Shown: positions 48,645 through 58,315, numbered from the stretch's first letter. The stretch is DNA of 64,000 nucleotides from Pseudomonadota bacterium (GCA_029555385.1 JAKPSH010000207.1:7092-71091), one strand, 5' to 3'. Translations and numbers: made by a program. Notes: generated by a model not told the origin, from the letters alone.

Positions 48645-49635
48645 CTGCCGGGTCTCTGTTGTAGTCCCCGTAAGAAATGGCGCCGAGACCATCGTCGACT
48701 GCTTATCCGCTGTATATTCTTCGAAAACAACCCCGCACGAAGTAATAGTTGTGGATGACGCCTCAACCGATAATACCTCTTCGCTGTTAAGGCAGTTCCC
48801 GTGCCTGGTCTTGACCAATAACAAGCGCCTCGGACGCGGAGCGAGTAAGAATAAAGGCCTCAAAGCAGCTAGAGGAGACTTGACTGCTTTTGTTGATGCC
48901 GATGTATTGGTTCATCCTGATGCGCTCCAAAGTGCCGTCTTGGCTTTTATCGAAGATGCCTCGCTATGCGCGATCTGCGCGGTTCCCGAAGCAAAGAGCC
49001 CGTACTCGAACTTCGCCAGCCGTTACAAGGCTCTTTATATGCATTTCATTCTCAAGGACTTTCCGGCGCCAACGGATTTTTTGCACGGCTGTTTTCAGGT
49101 TTTCCGCACCAATATTTTGCATTCCGTGAACCTAAATTTTGATGAGCAGATGCATTGTGACGACATAGATCTCGGCGTGCGCTTAAAAAAGACCGGCGGT
49201 AAGATAATCGTTATGCGTCAAATTTCCGTAGCGCATAAAAAATACTATTCGCTCTTCCGGCTGCTGCGCAACGACTTTAAAGTATCTGCCGAATTCGCTT
49301 ATTTGCTGTGCAAGCATTCGCTCGCCCTGACATCGCTTAAGCAGGGCAGATTTGCCCATGCGCGACTGCCGCAGCTGTTGGGGGTTTTTGCGGCGGGAGC
49401 AACCACAGCAACGCTGATCTCCGGGCCGCGATTTGCGCTGTTCTCCGCAGGCTTTGCCGGGCTCTTTTGGCTCCTGAACTGGCCGTTTTTCAAGTTCCTC
49501 ATCGCAAAGGAGAACCCGGACATGGCAGTCCGCTCGATCGTATTTACATTGATCGATCAGTCCGTAATGCTCTGCGGCATACTTGCCGGAATGCTCACCA
49601 ATATCGCACGATTGCTGATGCTTAAACGCTCGTAG
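48607..49635 (+). CDS. GT2-family glycosyltransferase with C-terminal TM helices
   Basis: …VSVVVPVRNGAETI…, …VIVVDDASTDNT… and DAD …FVDADVLV…. Two C-terminal TM segments, as in processive-GT2 architecture. Confidence 0.8.
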   Translation: MNLMDTSEQDINSCRVSVVVPVRNGAETIVDCLSAVYSSKTTPHEVIVVDDASTDNTSSLLRQFPCLVLTNNKRLGRGASKNKGLKAARGDLTAFVDADVLVHPDALQSAVLAFIEDASLCAICAVPEAKSPYSNFASRYKALYMHFILKDFPAPTDFLHGCFQVFRTNILHSVNLNFDEQMHCDDIDLGVRLKKTGGKIIVMRQISVAHKKYYSLFRLLRNDFKVSAEFAYLLCKHSLALTSLKQGRFAHARLPQLLGVFAAGATTATLISGPRFALFSAGFAGLFWLLNWPFFKFLIAKENPDMAVRSIVFTLIDQSVMLCGILAGMLTNIARLLMLKRS

Positions 49636-49713
49636 GCGGCGCTGCCGACTTTCAGACGAAGGGAGGCCATTTGCTTACGATACCGCCGGCAGCACATCGG
49701 CCGGGAACTCATT

Positions 49714-50769
49714 TTAACGGTAACAGTAAATATGCGTCACCAGCAGGGCGGAATAATCACGCAAGACACCGGGATGTGCGGCGGATATCCGCATCACTGC
49801 CTCTCGGTACTGCGCGACATCCTCCACCTCAAAGGTCACTTCATAATCCCATTCGCCCAGCACTTTTGTGACATAAACCATCCGCGCTTCACGCCGCAGA
49901 CTGTCAATAAAGCTCTGGACCTCCGGACGCGGGCGCTCGTTTAGCTGCAGCAGCAGCTTGTAGTTCATTTGCTGGATGCTGCCGGGATTGAGGATAACTG
50001 TGTAACCTGAGATGACCTTGCTCTCCTCCAAACGTTTGATCCGGCGCAGCACAGTTTCTCGCGACACGGCGGCATCGGGCCGCTGCTTCGCGATCTTCGC
50101 GCTGAGATCCGCCGCGTTTTGCCGGCAGTCGCCGCTGAGCAGTTGCAGCAGCAGCAGATCGACTTCGTCAAGCAGCGCACGCTCGCCTGAAGCAGAATAG
50201 CAGATACTCTTGCGCGGACCAGGCTTCCCGGGGAGCAAATAACTGCGGGCAAAATACTCCGAGCGGATATTGACGACAATTCCGCGCCGGGAAATAAAGT
50301 GGCCATAACGCCCCAGAAAATTATCTAAGAGCTGGCTCAGCTCACAGATGTCACCCGAGCGCATTCCAAGACCGAGATCGAACTGTCCTTCAAATTGGGC
50401 AAGCCAGACGATCTCAGGGAAGCTAAGCAAGTAGCCGATAATTCTCTCAACATCAGACTGCATCGCATTTTGCAGCCGGAGAAACACTTTATATGTAAGG
50501 TGTCCAAGTCTGCCATAATCAAGCACAGTGTAGAACGACTGGATCGTCCCGCGTTCTAGCAGGGCTTTCAACCGGTAACGCACCGTCTCCTGAGTAAGTC
50601 CTGTGCTCTTAGCGATTGCGCTGAGAGACATCCGCGCATGCCCATCTAAGGCGTACAGGATACGGCTGTCGGCCGCATCAATCTGCCGCACCGGACCTTG
50701 TTTTCGGGCGCTGGTATCCACCATAGTGCCCGTTATAGTAATTTCTTGCGCAATTTGCAACAAGGTCAT
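49714..50769 (-). CDS. tandem Lrp/AsnC-family transcriptional regulator (two HTH_AsnC + RAM modules)
   Basis: First HTH …DSRILYALDGHARMSLSAIAKSTGLTQETVRYRLKALLERGTIQSF…; second …LLLLQLLSGDCRQNAADLSAKIAKQRPDAAVSRETVLRRIKRLEESKVISGY…. ATG at 50769 with a GAGG SD; the track start at 50814 is TTG. Confidence 0.7.
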   Translation of the reverse strand: MTLLQIAQEITITGTMVDTSARKQGPVRQIDAADSRILYALDGHARMSLSAIAKSTGLTQETVRYRLKALLERGTIQSFYTVLDYGRLGHLTYKVFLRLQNAMQSDVERIIGYLLSFPEIVWLAQFEGQFDLGLGMRSGDICELSQLLDNFLGRYGHFISRRGIVVNIRSEYFARSYLLPGKPGPRKSICYSASGERALLDEVDLLLLQLLSGDCRQNAADLSAKIAKQRPDAAVSRETVLRRIKRLEESKVISGYTVILNPGSIQQMNYKLLLQLNERPRPEVQSFIDSLRREARMVYVTKVLGEWDYEVTFEVEDVAQYREAVMRISAAHPGVLRDYSALLVTHIYCYR

Positions 50770-50813
50770 ACTCGATGCCTCATGCAGAGGATTAGTAGTT
50801 TGGAGTACATTCA

Positions 50814-51653
50814 ATGGACTGGGTTCGTCATGGGCAAGGGGGCGCTCGCGCGCCGTTTCCCCCGCTCACGCTGTGTTCTGTCGTTGATTCAAGGCTGAGT
50901 TCGCGCCGCGAGATATTAAGCGATGTCAAGTCCAGCGCTCTTTTCGAAGAGATCGCCGAGGCCCACTCTGTTGAGCATGGACTTGGGCTGCTTGCGCAGC
51001 AGGACACGGACGCGTGCATTATTGGACCGTCAGTATCCCAAACAGCAGCAACGCATTTTCTTGACCGTGCTGGTGCAATGGCATGTGCAGCAACAACTGC
51101 TTTCATCGCGATCACCGCCGGGCACGAGGATGAAAACCCGCTGCTATCCCATCCCCGGTTGAACGGCGCGCTGAAAAGGCCATATTTAAAAGGCTCGTTG
51201 AGCGAGCAGATTGTCCGCTCCGTAGTATCCGCAAACAAAAGCTCGATATGGCGCACACTTCTTGAGCAAGGAACACTGCCGGTCAATGCTGCCGAGCCGG
51301 TGGCATTGGGTGCGGTAAATCGCCTTGTCCAGAACGAAATGCACCATGTAATCGAACGCACCTTTCCAGAACTTCGCGAGCTGGCCGCCGGTCACGAGCA
51401 GGGCAGGTACGGGCTGCAGATTAACGGTTCGCCAACCAAGCCAACGCTAGCGGCGATCCGCAATATTATCGGCAAATTGCAGCTTCACACATCTCACCGC
51501 ATCAGTTTGGAAAATAGCTTTTACGACTTTCTCGAAGCAGCGATCATCCGCTGGTTTGCGGAGATGGTCATTGATTCCGAAGAAGCCGCAACGGTTAATC
51601 TCCGGCGCGAGCTTGCCAGCGCCATCAACAAGAACAGGAGAGACGAACGATGA
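50814..51653 (+). CDS. hypothetical protein (possible degenerate receiver-like region)
   Basis: 279-aa ORF expressed divergently from the Lrp gene. Its stop overlaps the STAS gene start (ATGA). Confidence 0.3.
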   Translation: MDWVRHGQGGARAPFPPLTLCSVVDSRLSSRREILSDVKSSALFEEIAEAHSVEHGLGLLAQQDTDACIIGPSVSQTAATHFLDRAGAMACAATTAFIAITAGHEDENPLLSHPRLNGALKRPYLKGSLSEQIVRSVVSANKSSIWRTLLEQGTLPVNAAEPVALGAVNRLVQNEMHHVIERTFPELRELAAGHEQGRYGLQINGSPTKPTLAAIRNIIGKLQLHTSHRISLENSFYDFLEAAIIRWFAEMVIDSEEAATVNLRRELASAINKNRRDER

Positions 51654-51973
51654 AGCGCGACTTCCCCGCACAGCAAACGATAGTGATCAGCGATGACTTA
51701 TACTCAGCCGAAGCTTGCAGCTCGCTCGCCTGGCAAATCGACAATACCCCCAAGCAAGCCGGCGAAACGATCGCCCTGGATTTTCGCAATGTCCGGATTA
51801 TAACTTCTTTTGCATTAAGAACAATTCTCGAAGCGCATCACCAATGCAAAAGGGCGCAGGCCTCCATCTCCATACAGAATGCACGAGGAGCCGTTCTGGC
51901 AATTATAAATTCCATCCGCCTTCACCGCTTTATTAGCATCGGTCAAACAAATAATTCGGGTAAGACCAGATAA
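51650..51973 (+). CDS. STAS-domain protein (anti-sigma-factor antagonist-like)
   Basis: AGGAGA SD. …ETIALDFRNVRIITSFALRTILEAHHQCKRAQASISIQNARGAVLAIINSIRLHRFISI… shows the SpoIIAA/STAS pattern. 107 aa. Confidence 0.5.
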   Translation: MKRDFPAQQTIVISDDLYSAEACSSLAWQIDNTPKQAGETIALDFRNVRIITSFALRTILEAHHQCKRAQASISIQNARGAVLAIINSIRLHRFISIGQTNNSGKTR

Positions 51974-52656
51974 TGTACAAGCTTAAGGCTGTCGTCATTG
52001 AAACAGATTCCCGCTCACGGATAAAGCTTAAGCAAGCTATGGCCATCTGCGGCTCCTTCACCTCACCGGTATTTTGCCGTGACTTTACTGAGGGGTCAGC
52101 AGTCATTCATGGCGGTTCGGATTATGATGTTGTATTTATCGCTGAGCGAGCCGGGCCGGAACATGTCGCCGCCTTTCTGGAAAAGGCAAGACAGAGTCCG
52201 TACAGCAAGCATGCCGCATACGTAATTATCCAAGACGCTTCTCAGAAAACGCGGGCCTTAGTCGGCGCAAAGGTGTTGGATGGCATCCATGCTTTTCTTT
52301 ATGAACCGTATTCTGTCGATGACGTCATAAGCATTGCCCGGATTGCCGGCCAAGTGAAGCTTTCCCATCTTCGTGCGCGAGAAAAGGCCGCCGTAACCTT
52401 GGTCTTAAAAGATTCGATGATTCAAATTGACAAAATTGCCCTGCTGCAAATTCGCGGCAACCCTGTGGAACGTGAACTCGAGCGCCTGGACAAAATGTGC
52501 GCTTCGCTCGACAAAGTAAAGACATTGACCCCGGACCTCTTCGGCGAAGCGGCCACTGCGGCTTTCGCCCAGGCTCCCCGCCCGCAGTCCTCCGTTGAAT
52601 ACCAAGAATACGGCGGAGTCAGCCGCCGCGTACAAGCAAAGCTAGATGAAAAGTAG
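51973..52656 (+). CDS. receiver-like (CheY-fold, possibly degenerate) domain protein
   Basis: …KAVVIETDSRSRIKLKQAM…DYDVVFIAE…AYVII…. Its start overlaps the STAS gene stop (TAATG). Confidence 0.4.
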   Translation: MYKLKAVVIETDSRSRIKLKQAMAICGSFTSPVFCRDFTEGSAVIHGGSDYDVVFIAERAGPEHVAAFLEKARQSPYSKHAAYVIIQDASQKTRALVGAKVLDGIHAFLYEPYSVDDVISIARIAGQVKLSHLRAREKAAVTLVLKDSMIQIDKIALLQIRGNPVERELERLDKMCASLDKVKTLTPDLFGEAATAAFAQAPRPQSSVEYQEYGGVSRRVQAKLDEK

Positions 52657-52740
52657 CCCACTCCCGTCTATCCGGCCTTGAGTCCCTGCCAGAATAATAT
52701 ATAATATTGCTGATACAATCCGCAGAGCACGAGCAAAGTT

Positions 52741-54819
52741 ATGAAAGATCCCTCCCCGGTTAATGTGCTCTCTGCCGTCTTGGCACTCCAGGAAATGATG
52801 ACCGCGGACGCCGCGCCTTCTGTGCTATATGCCGCGCTGCTGCGCAGCCTGATGACTCTAAGCTCAAGTGCTAGTGCATTAATCACCGAACTTGCGCAAG
52901 ATGCACCAGAGGGACGGCAAATGACAATCACCGCTTCATGCACAGCCGCAGAGCAGCCCGTTACGGAACTTGAACTGCCGGAGTTGTCCAGCCTTGCAGA
53001 AAAAGCGTCTGCCTGTGAAAACGCGGCTCTTTCGCTCAGTGCTCACGGGGGAAAGCCATGCTGCGGTAATGATCGCATTAACCATCTGCTGGTTCTCCCG
53101 CTTCTTTACAATAAGCAGCCTCTGGCCTCTGTGTTTTTATTTAATCGCGAACAGGCTTACGATACCGGGCTTATTGCCAGCCTGGCGCCACTGACTCAAC
53201 TCGGTGCGATAATCGCCGGACTCTTGTCGATGCAGCGCAAACATATCCTTATTGAAAGGGCATTGCGGGATAGCGAAGTCCGTTTGCGTCAAGTAATCGA
53301 CCTCGTGCCCCATCACATTTTTGCTATTGTTCCAAGCAAAGGTGGACGGCTTATTTTTGCCAACAAAGCACTCGCCGAGGTTTACGGCATGACAACCGAG
53401 GAAGTTGTCGGCAAAACGCAGCGCGAAATTACACCGATGCGCGCCGAAGAGGAGCACTTTCTTGCCGACGATCTGGAAGTAATTCGCAGCGGGAAAGAAA
53501 AGTTCATCCCTGAAGAAATTTATACCGATCCCTTTGGCAGAGTACACTATTTGCAGACAACAAAAATTCCGTTTAAGGCCGTGGATACCGGTGAGCCTGC
53601 GGTGCTGGGAATCTGCGTCGATATTACGGAACAGAAAAAAGCTGCCGAAGAACGGCGGCACATCGAGGAACAGTTGCAGCAGTCACAAAAGCTGGAAAGT
53701 CTTGGTTTGCTCGCCGGCGGCATCGCGCATGATTTCAACAATCTGCTAACTGGAATCCTGGGCCATGCGAGCCTGGCACTGCTGGATATACCTCAAGCTT
53801 CGCCGGCGCACGCGCGCCTGCGCTCCGTTGAAACTGCCGCACATCGAGCGGCTCAGCTCTGCCGCCAGTTGCTGGCCTATTCCGGACGCGGCAACTTCGA
53901 AATTAAACCGCTGAATCTCTCCGCGATCGTCGGCGAAATGGCAGAGTTCCTCACTGTCTCTGTGTCAAAGAAAGCGGAATTACGCCTCGAACTCGCGCCA
54001 GTGCTGCCTGCGGTCGATGGTGATGCAAGTCAGCTTCACCAGGTCATTCTCAATCTGCTCATCAACTCCTCAGAATCCCTGGGCAACAAGAGCGGAACGA
54101 TTACCGTCAGCACTCAGGCCGGACGCTTCTCGCCGAAAGAATTAACTGAGTTCTGCCTCAACGACCAGCTTGCCGAAGGTGAATTTGTGGTGCTGGAAGT
54201 GACCGATTCCGGCTGCGGCATGGACGCACAAACTAAAGCAAAGATCTTTGATCCTTTCTTTTCCACCAAATTCCCCGGACGAGGCCTGGGCATGGCTGCG
54301 GTGCTAGGTGTTGTTCGCGGACACCACGGCGGCATTCGCATCACCAGCAACCCGGAGCAGGGCTGCCGGGCCACCGTTATTTTCCCAGTCAGCGAACGTG
54401 CTGCGCAATCTCTGCCGATAAGACGTTCGAGTGAAAAGCTGAACGACTTCAAGGCAAGCGGCACGGTCTTGGTTGTCGACGACGAAGATACTGTCCGCGA
54501 GATCGCCAAAGCCGCCCTTGAACGTTACGGCTATCGCATACTGGAAGCGCGGGATGGAGTTGAAGCCCTTCAAATCTTGCACGAGCATCAGCAAGAGGTT
54601 TCCGCCATATTGCTTGATATAACAATGCCCCGGCTAAGCGGAGAGGAAACTCTTCGCGAAATACGCCTCATTTCCCAAACAGTTCCTGTAATCCTTTCCA
54701 GTGGGTACAATGAGCAAGATGCTCTTTCCCGCCTTACTTGCAATGAGATGACCGGGTTTATTCAGAAACCATACACGGGTCCTGAACTTATCGCTAAGGT
54801 TAGACAGGTCCTCACATAA
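52741..54819 (+). CDS. hybrid sensor histidine kinase / response regulator (GAF-like N-terminus, PAS, HisKA, HATPase_c, REC)
   Basis: PAS (…HHIFAIVPSKGGRLIFANKALAEVYGMTTEEVVGKTQREI…), H-box GGIAHDFNNLLTGILGHASLA, G-boxes DSGCGMD and GRGLGMAAV, and a C-terminal receiver VLVVDDEDTV…ILLDITMP…. 692 aa. Confidence 0.9.
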   Translation: MKDPSPVNVLSAVLALQEMMTADAAPSVLYAALLRSLMTLSSSASALITELAQDAPEGRQMTITASCTAAEQPVTELELPELSSLAEKASACENAALSLSAHGGKPCCGNDRINHLLVLPLLYNKQPLASVFLFNREQAYDTGLIASLAPLTQLGAIIAGLLSMQRKHILIERALRDSEVRLRQVIDLVPHHIFAIVPSKGGRLIFANKALAEVYGMTTEEVVGKTQREITPMRAEEEHFLADDLEVIRSGKEKFIPEEIYTDPFGRVHYLQTTKIPFKAVDTGEPAVLGICVDITEQKKAAEERRHIEEQLQQSQKLESLGLLAGGIAHDFNNLLTGILGHASLALLDIPQASPAHARLRSVETAAHRAAQLCRQLLAYSGRGNFEIKPLNLSAIVGEMAEFLTVSVSKKAELRLELAPVLPAVDGDASQLHQVILNLLINSSESLGNKSGTITVSTQAGRFSPKELTEFCLNDQLAEGEFVVLEVTDSGCGMDAQTKAKIFDPFFSTKFPGRGLGMAAVLGVVRGHHGGIRITSNPEQGCRATVIFPVSERAAQSLPIRRSSEKLNDFKASGTVLVVDDEDTVREIAKAALERYGYRILEARDGVEALQILHEHQQEVSAILLDITMPRLSGEETLREIRLISQTVPVILSSGYNEQDALSRLTCNEMTGFIQKPYTGPELIAKVRQVLT

Positions 54820-54935
54820 TCAGCCGCACAAGACTCGCGGCTTGCCAAGCCCACGAGTATAGTTATAGTTTTAGTAGGGTTATCCGGGCCGCCGCTTCCA
54901 GCAAGCAAGGCAAATGCTAAAAGTGAGAGCAAAAG

Positions 54936-57362
54936 TTGGTTTCTTCAATCTTAAATCGTTATTCTAGTTTTACGTTCAGTTTGCTTTTTGTGCTCGCTTT
55001 TCTTGGGTTGATGACCGGCACAATGGAGTTCTCTTTTGCGGCGCTTCGTTTTAATTCAGCCCGGATTTCGATTGCTGCCTTTACAGGCTGCGCAATTCTT
55101 TGGCTTGTATTGAATGTATTGCCAGCCGCCGCCCGCCGGCTCGGACTGCCTAAAGACGTGCAAAAACGCGTAAACCCGGTAACGCTTCAGCCGGCGGTCT
55201 TCATCTTTGGCTTGGTGCTTATACTGCTGAGCGACTTTGCCGCCCGGCGTTTTGGTTACTTTTCCGATGCCGCTTCTCCGGCTCTCGTTATGTATCTCGG
55301 GAGCTTTGCCGTTATTTTGTTGTTGCTGCACCGCCGCTTAAATGAACAAACCCGCTGGACCGACGTGATCGCAACTTGGCCCGTTTTGCTGTTTTGCCAG
55401 GCCGCAGTAGCCGCCTCGTTTTTTCATTACGCAAACGGACGCATTCTCTTTAGCGACGATCATCCAAGCTTTATTTACAGGCTGCACCTTCTCGCCGAAC
55501 ACTTCCCATTTATTCCGCACTACAACACTGATTGGAACGCGGGCTACGGCACCACCGAGCTGTTTTCCACAGGTCCGCTCAACCTTTTTTTGGCTGCCGC
55601 GCCGATCCTTTACTTCATGCACGGTTTTGCAAGTTATGGCGCTGCTGCTTTTTACACTGAGATCATCGGCGTGCTGTTTATTGGTATTATCCCGCTCTGC
55701 GTTGTCAGCGCCGCACGGCTTTTCGGCCTGCACAATAAAGTGGCACTCACGGCGGCACTGCTCATTCTTGCACCCACGACCGGCCTGTTCGAGTGGCTGT
55801 TAAAGTATGGCACAGTGCCTTTTGCTTTGGCCGCCGGTCTTGCGCCTCTAACAGTTGCGTTGATATATCGTTTGGCGCTCGCGCCCCAGCGCCCCAGAGC
55901 AGCTCACGCTGTCGGTCTTTTTATCGCTGGCACGTTGTGCATGTTCTGGAGCTTAAGTGCCATCGTCTTCCTGCCCGCCGCAATAATTGCCTTCAGCAGC
56001 CCCAAGGTTACTTTTGCCGCGGACCGCCGGCGTCTGGTTGCTGCTTTTCTCGCACTCTTCATCCTCTGCAACGGGTTATGGTTTTGGCGGCTTGCGTCCG
56101 AGCTTGATGTGTTTTCTTTTGTCAAATCATCGTCGATGGTTGGCATGAACCAGCATAAGTCCAAAGAGGAGGCGAACGCGTTAAGCACAGCTAATACCGC
56201 AGCGACGGCTCTGGTTAAGAAGAAGCCGGGAAAGTCTCTCGTGCAGATCGCTCAAACCACAAAGAAAAAGTTTCTCCAGTCAGGGTCAAAATTCAATCCG
56301 CTTGTCCTGCTCTTTTTTATCCCCGGGATCGCGGTGGCCCCGCGCGGCACTGCGCGCAAGGTTCTTGCCACGACTACCTTTTGGCTGCTTTTTGTTGCCA
56401 TAATCGGCGATCAGTATAAGCCGCAGCTAGAGCTCAAGCGCATGGCGGTCAACGCCAGCTACTTTATGTCGATTTTTGCCGCTTGCGCGATTATTGAAGT
56501 CATCTCACGCCTGGAGAAGCTCTGTTCTGAACCAGCAGTTCCTTGGAATTTGCGGCGAATCGTGCCAGCCCTCGGCGCCGCCGTCGTTCTCGGATTTCTT
56601 TTCTTTACTCCGTTTACCGCAGCCGCGGCATACGGCAACAGATCTTGGGAGAAGTTCACATTCTCGCCGCCAATCGTCAAAGACCTTAGTGCTGCAATCA
56701 GAGAACATGGCGGCTCAGGGCGGACTTTTATTTTTGATTTTGTCCTCCACGAGCTGGGTTCGACCTCTTGGAATGCGCAGGACGGAGGTCATATCGCACC
56801 GCTCGCTTCACTTTCCGGAAAACCGCTGTATGCATCCGATTACTACCATCGAGTTTGGCGCTATACGGATCCTCTACCTCACGCATATCTGACCCGGATC
56901 AAGGAAGGCGGCGTCGAGGAGTTTCTCGACTTGATTAACGCAACGGCAGTTGTCACCTTTACCTATCACTGGGAGAATTACTGCCGGAGCCAGCCGCATT
57001 ACCGGGAAGTATTTAGTGAAGAGCGCTGGCGGCTATTCGTGCGCGAGCGGCCTGGCGCTTCGTATTTTCTGCGTGGTTCGGGCGAAGTGAGGTACGAGTC
57101 AGAGGGATTTTCCGTTAAACCGGCTGAAACGGAAGTCGTCGTTAAATTCCGATATTTTCCCAAGGTCAAGACAAGCAGTCCGCAAGAAGTGGAAATATAT
57201 CCGGTCCCGGCTTTCACCCAGCAGTTGGACGATTTAAAAACCGGCAAAGAAGTATCGTTTATCGGCCTGCGTGTCAAACCGGAATTTATCGCCCGGGGCA
57301 AGAAGATATACGTTGGTTATTTTCCTGCGCGCACTGAACGATTAGCAAAACAAAACGATTAG
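54936..57362 (+). CDS. large polytopic membrane protein with extracytoplasmic C-terminal domain (putative GT-C-like glycosyltransferase)
   Basis: 808 aa. About 12 TM helices in the N-terminal 450 aa, then a soluble C-terminal domain. The track start is TTG; in-frame ATGs lie at 55011 and 55023. Confidence 0.55.
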   Translation: MVSSILNRYSSFTFSLLFVLAFLGLMTGTMEFSFAALRFNSARISIAAFTGCAILWLVLNVLPAAARRLGLPKDVQKRVNPVTLQPAVFIFGLVLILLSDFAARRFGYFSDAASPALVMYLGSFAVILLLLHRRLNEQTRWTDVIATWPVLLFCQAAVAASFFHYANGRILFSDDHPSFIYRLHLLAEHFPFIPHYNTDWNAGYGTTELFSTGPLNLFLAAAPILYFMHGFASYGAAAFYTEIIGVLFIGIIPLCVVSAARLFGLHNKVALTAALLILAPTTGLFEWLLKYGTVPFALAAGLAPLTVALIYRLALAPQRPRAAHAVGLFIAGTLCMFWSLSAIVFLPAAIIAFSSPKVTFAADRRRLVAAFLALFILCNGLWFWRLASELDVFSFVKSSSMVGMNQHKSKEEANALSTANTAATALVKKKPGKSLVQIAQTTKKKFLQSGSKFNPLVLLFFIPGIAVAPRGTARKVLATTTFWLLFVAIIGDQYKPQLELKRMAVNASYFMSIFAACAIIEVISRLEKLCSEPAVPWNLRRIVPALGAAVVLGFLFFTPFTAAAAYGNRSWEKFTFSPPIVKDLSAAIREHGGSGRTFIFDFVLHELGSTSWNAQDGGHIAPLASLSGKPLYASDYYHRVWRYTDPLPHAYLTRIKEGGVEEFLDLINATAVVTFTYHWENYCRSQPHYREVFSEERWRLFVRERPGASYFLRGSGEVRYESEGFSVKPAETEVVVKFRYFPKVKTSSPQEVEIYPVPAFTQQLDDLKTGKEVSFIGLRVKPEFIARGKKIYVGYFPARTERLAKQND

Positions 57363-57368
57363 CGGCGA

Positions 57369-58076
57369 ATGAACGACTTTTATGATGTCATAGTATTCAG
57401 CGCTCATCCCGATGACGCAGAATTTGTGATGTGCGGCACTATGGTCAAACTGGTGCGCAGCGGTTTCCGCCTCCTTCATGTTTCCTTGACAAAAGCGCAG
57501 ATGAGCACAAACGGAGATGTTGAAACTAGAATGGCGCAGTTCGCCAAGGCTTCGGCGATAATCGGCTGCGCGCACATCGCTCTTGACTTGCTAGACACCG
57601 ATGTACAGAACACGCGTGAGAACCGGCTGCTTGCCGCCCGCTTAATTCGTCAGCATAAGCCGCAAGTAGTTTTTGCGCCGTATCACACCAACCCAGCCGG
57701 AGAACTCGGTGGGATTGCCAACGTCGACCATTACACTACTGGCGCCCTTGTGCGCGATGCCGTAAAAATGGCGCGCCTGCAAAAAACTGATCCCGCATTA
57801 CCACCGCATCAAATCCGCAAGCTTTACTTTTACATGCTGCCGGCCAATGTCCGTCCTAATTTAGTTGTCGATGTCAGCAATGAAATGGAACAAGTAATTG
57901 AAACCATTATGACGTACGAGAATCAAGTGCTGCACACGCACTTCAACCTGAGTGTCAAAGATCGCATCCTCGCCCGGCATGCCGCCATGGGCCTGGAAAT
58001 TGGCGTGCGCTATGCGGAAGGCTTTGTTACCGATATGGCGCTTTCGTTAGAACCGCGGCACTTCTTCGAACTTTAG
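57369..58076 (+). CDS. PIG-L/LmbE-family N-acetylglucosaminyl deacetylase
   Basis: Signature …VIVFSAHPDDAEFVMCG… plus downstream His/Asp metal ligands. It starts 6 nt after the membrane protein gene. Confidence 0.85.
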   Translation: MNDFYDVIVFSAHPDDAEFVMCGTMVKLVRSGFRLLHVSLTKAQMSTNGDVETRMAQFAKASAIIGCAHIALDLLDTDVQNTRENRLLAARLIRQHKPQVVFAPYHTNPAGELGGIANVDHYTTGALVRDAVKMARLQKTDPALPPHQIRKLYFYMLPANVRPNLVVDVSNEMEQVIETIMTYENQVLHTHFNLSVKDRILARHAAMGLEIGVRYAEGFVTDMALSLEPRHFFEL

Positions 58077-58116
58077 AGCGTATTAACTTCCAGCTACACT
58101 GGAAGTTAATACGCTC
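58076..58116 (+). terminator. AT-rich perfect 18-bp hairpin immediately after the deacetylase stop
   Basis: gagcgtattaacttccag-ctacac-ctggaagttaatacgctc. No U-run follows, so it may instead belong to the adjacent repeat element. Confidence 0.4.
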
Positions 58117-58128
58117 TAGAACCCTGGC

Positions 58129-58315
58129 GGTGCCGAGAACGACGCTGCTGGGCGCTGAAGGCGCGCCGCCGTCCGCTTACAGAACTCGGATTGCAGGAAT
58201 CCGAGAAACTTCACCACCTAAGCCGCATGGCAATCCGATTTCCTTCAGCGGACCCGCCCCCACCCCGGCGCATAAGGTGAAACCTTCAGCACCCAGCAGC
58301 GTCATTCTCGGCACC
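58129..58315. repeat. MITE-like element copy 1 (~187 bp, ~32-bp terminal inverted repeats)
   Basis: ggtgccgagaacgacgctgctgggcgctgaag (58129-58160) matches the reverse complement of cttcagcacccagcagcgtcattctcggcacc (58284-58315) at 30 of 32 positions. The core is about 65% similar to the inverted core of copy 2. Confidence 0.55.
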
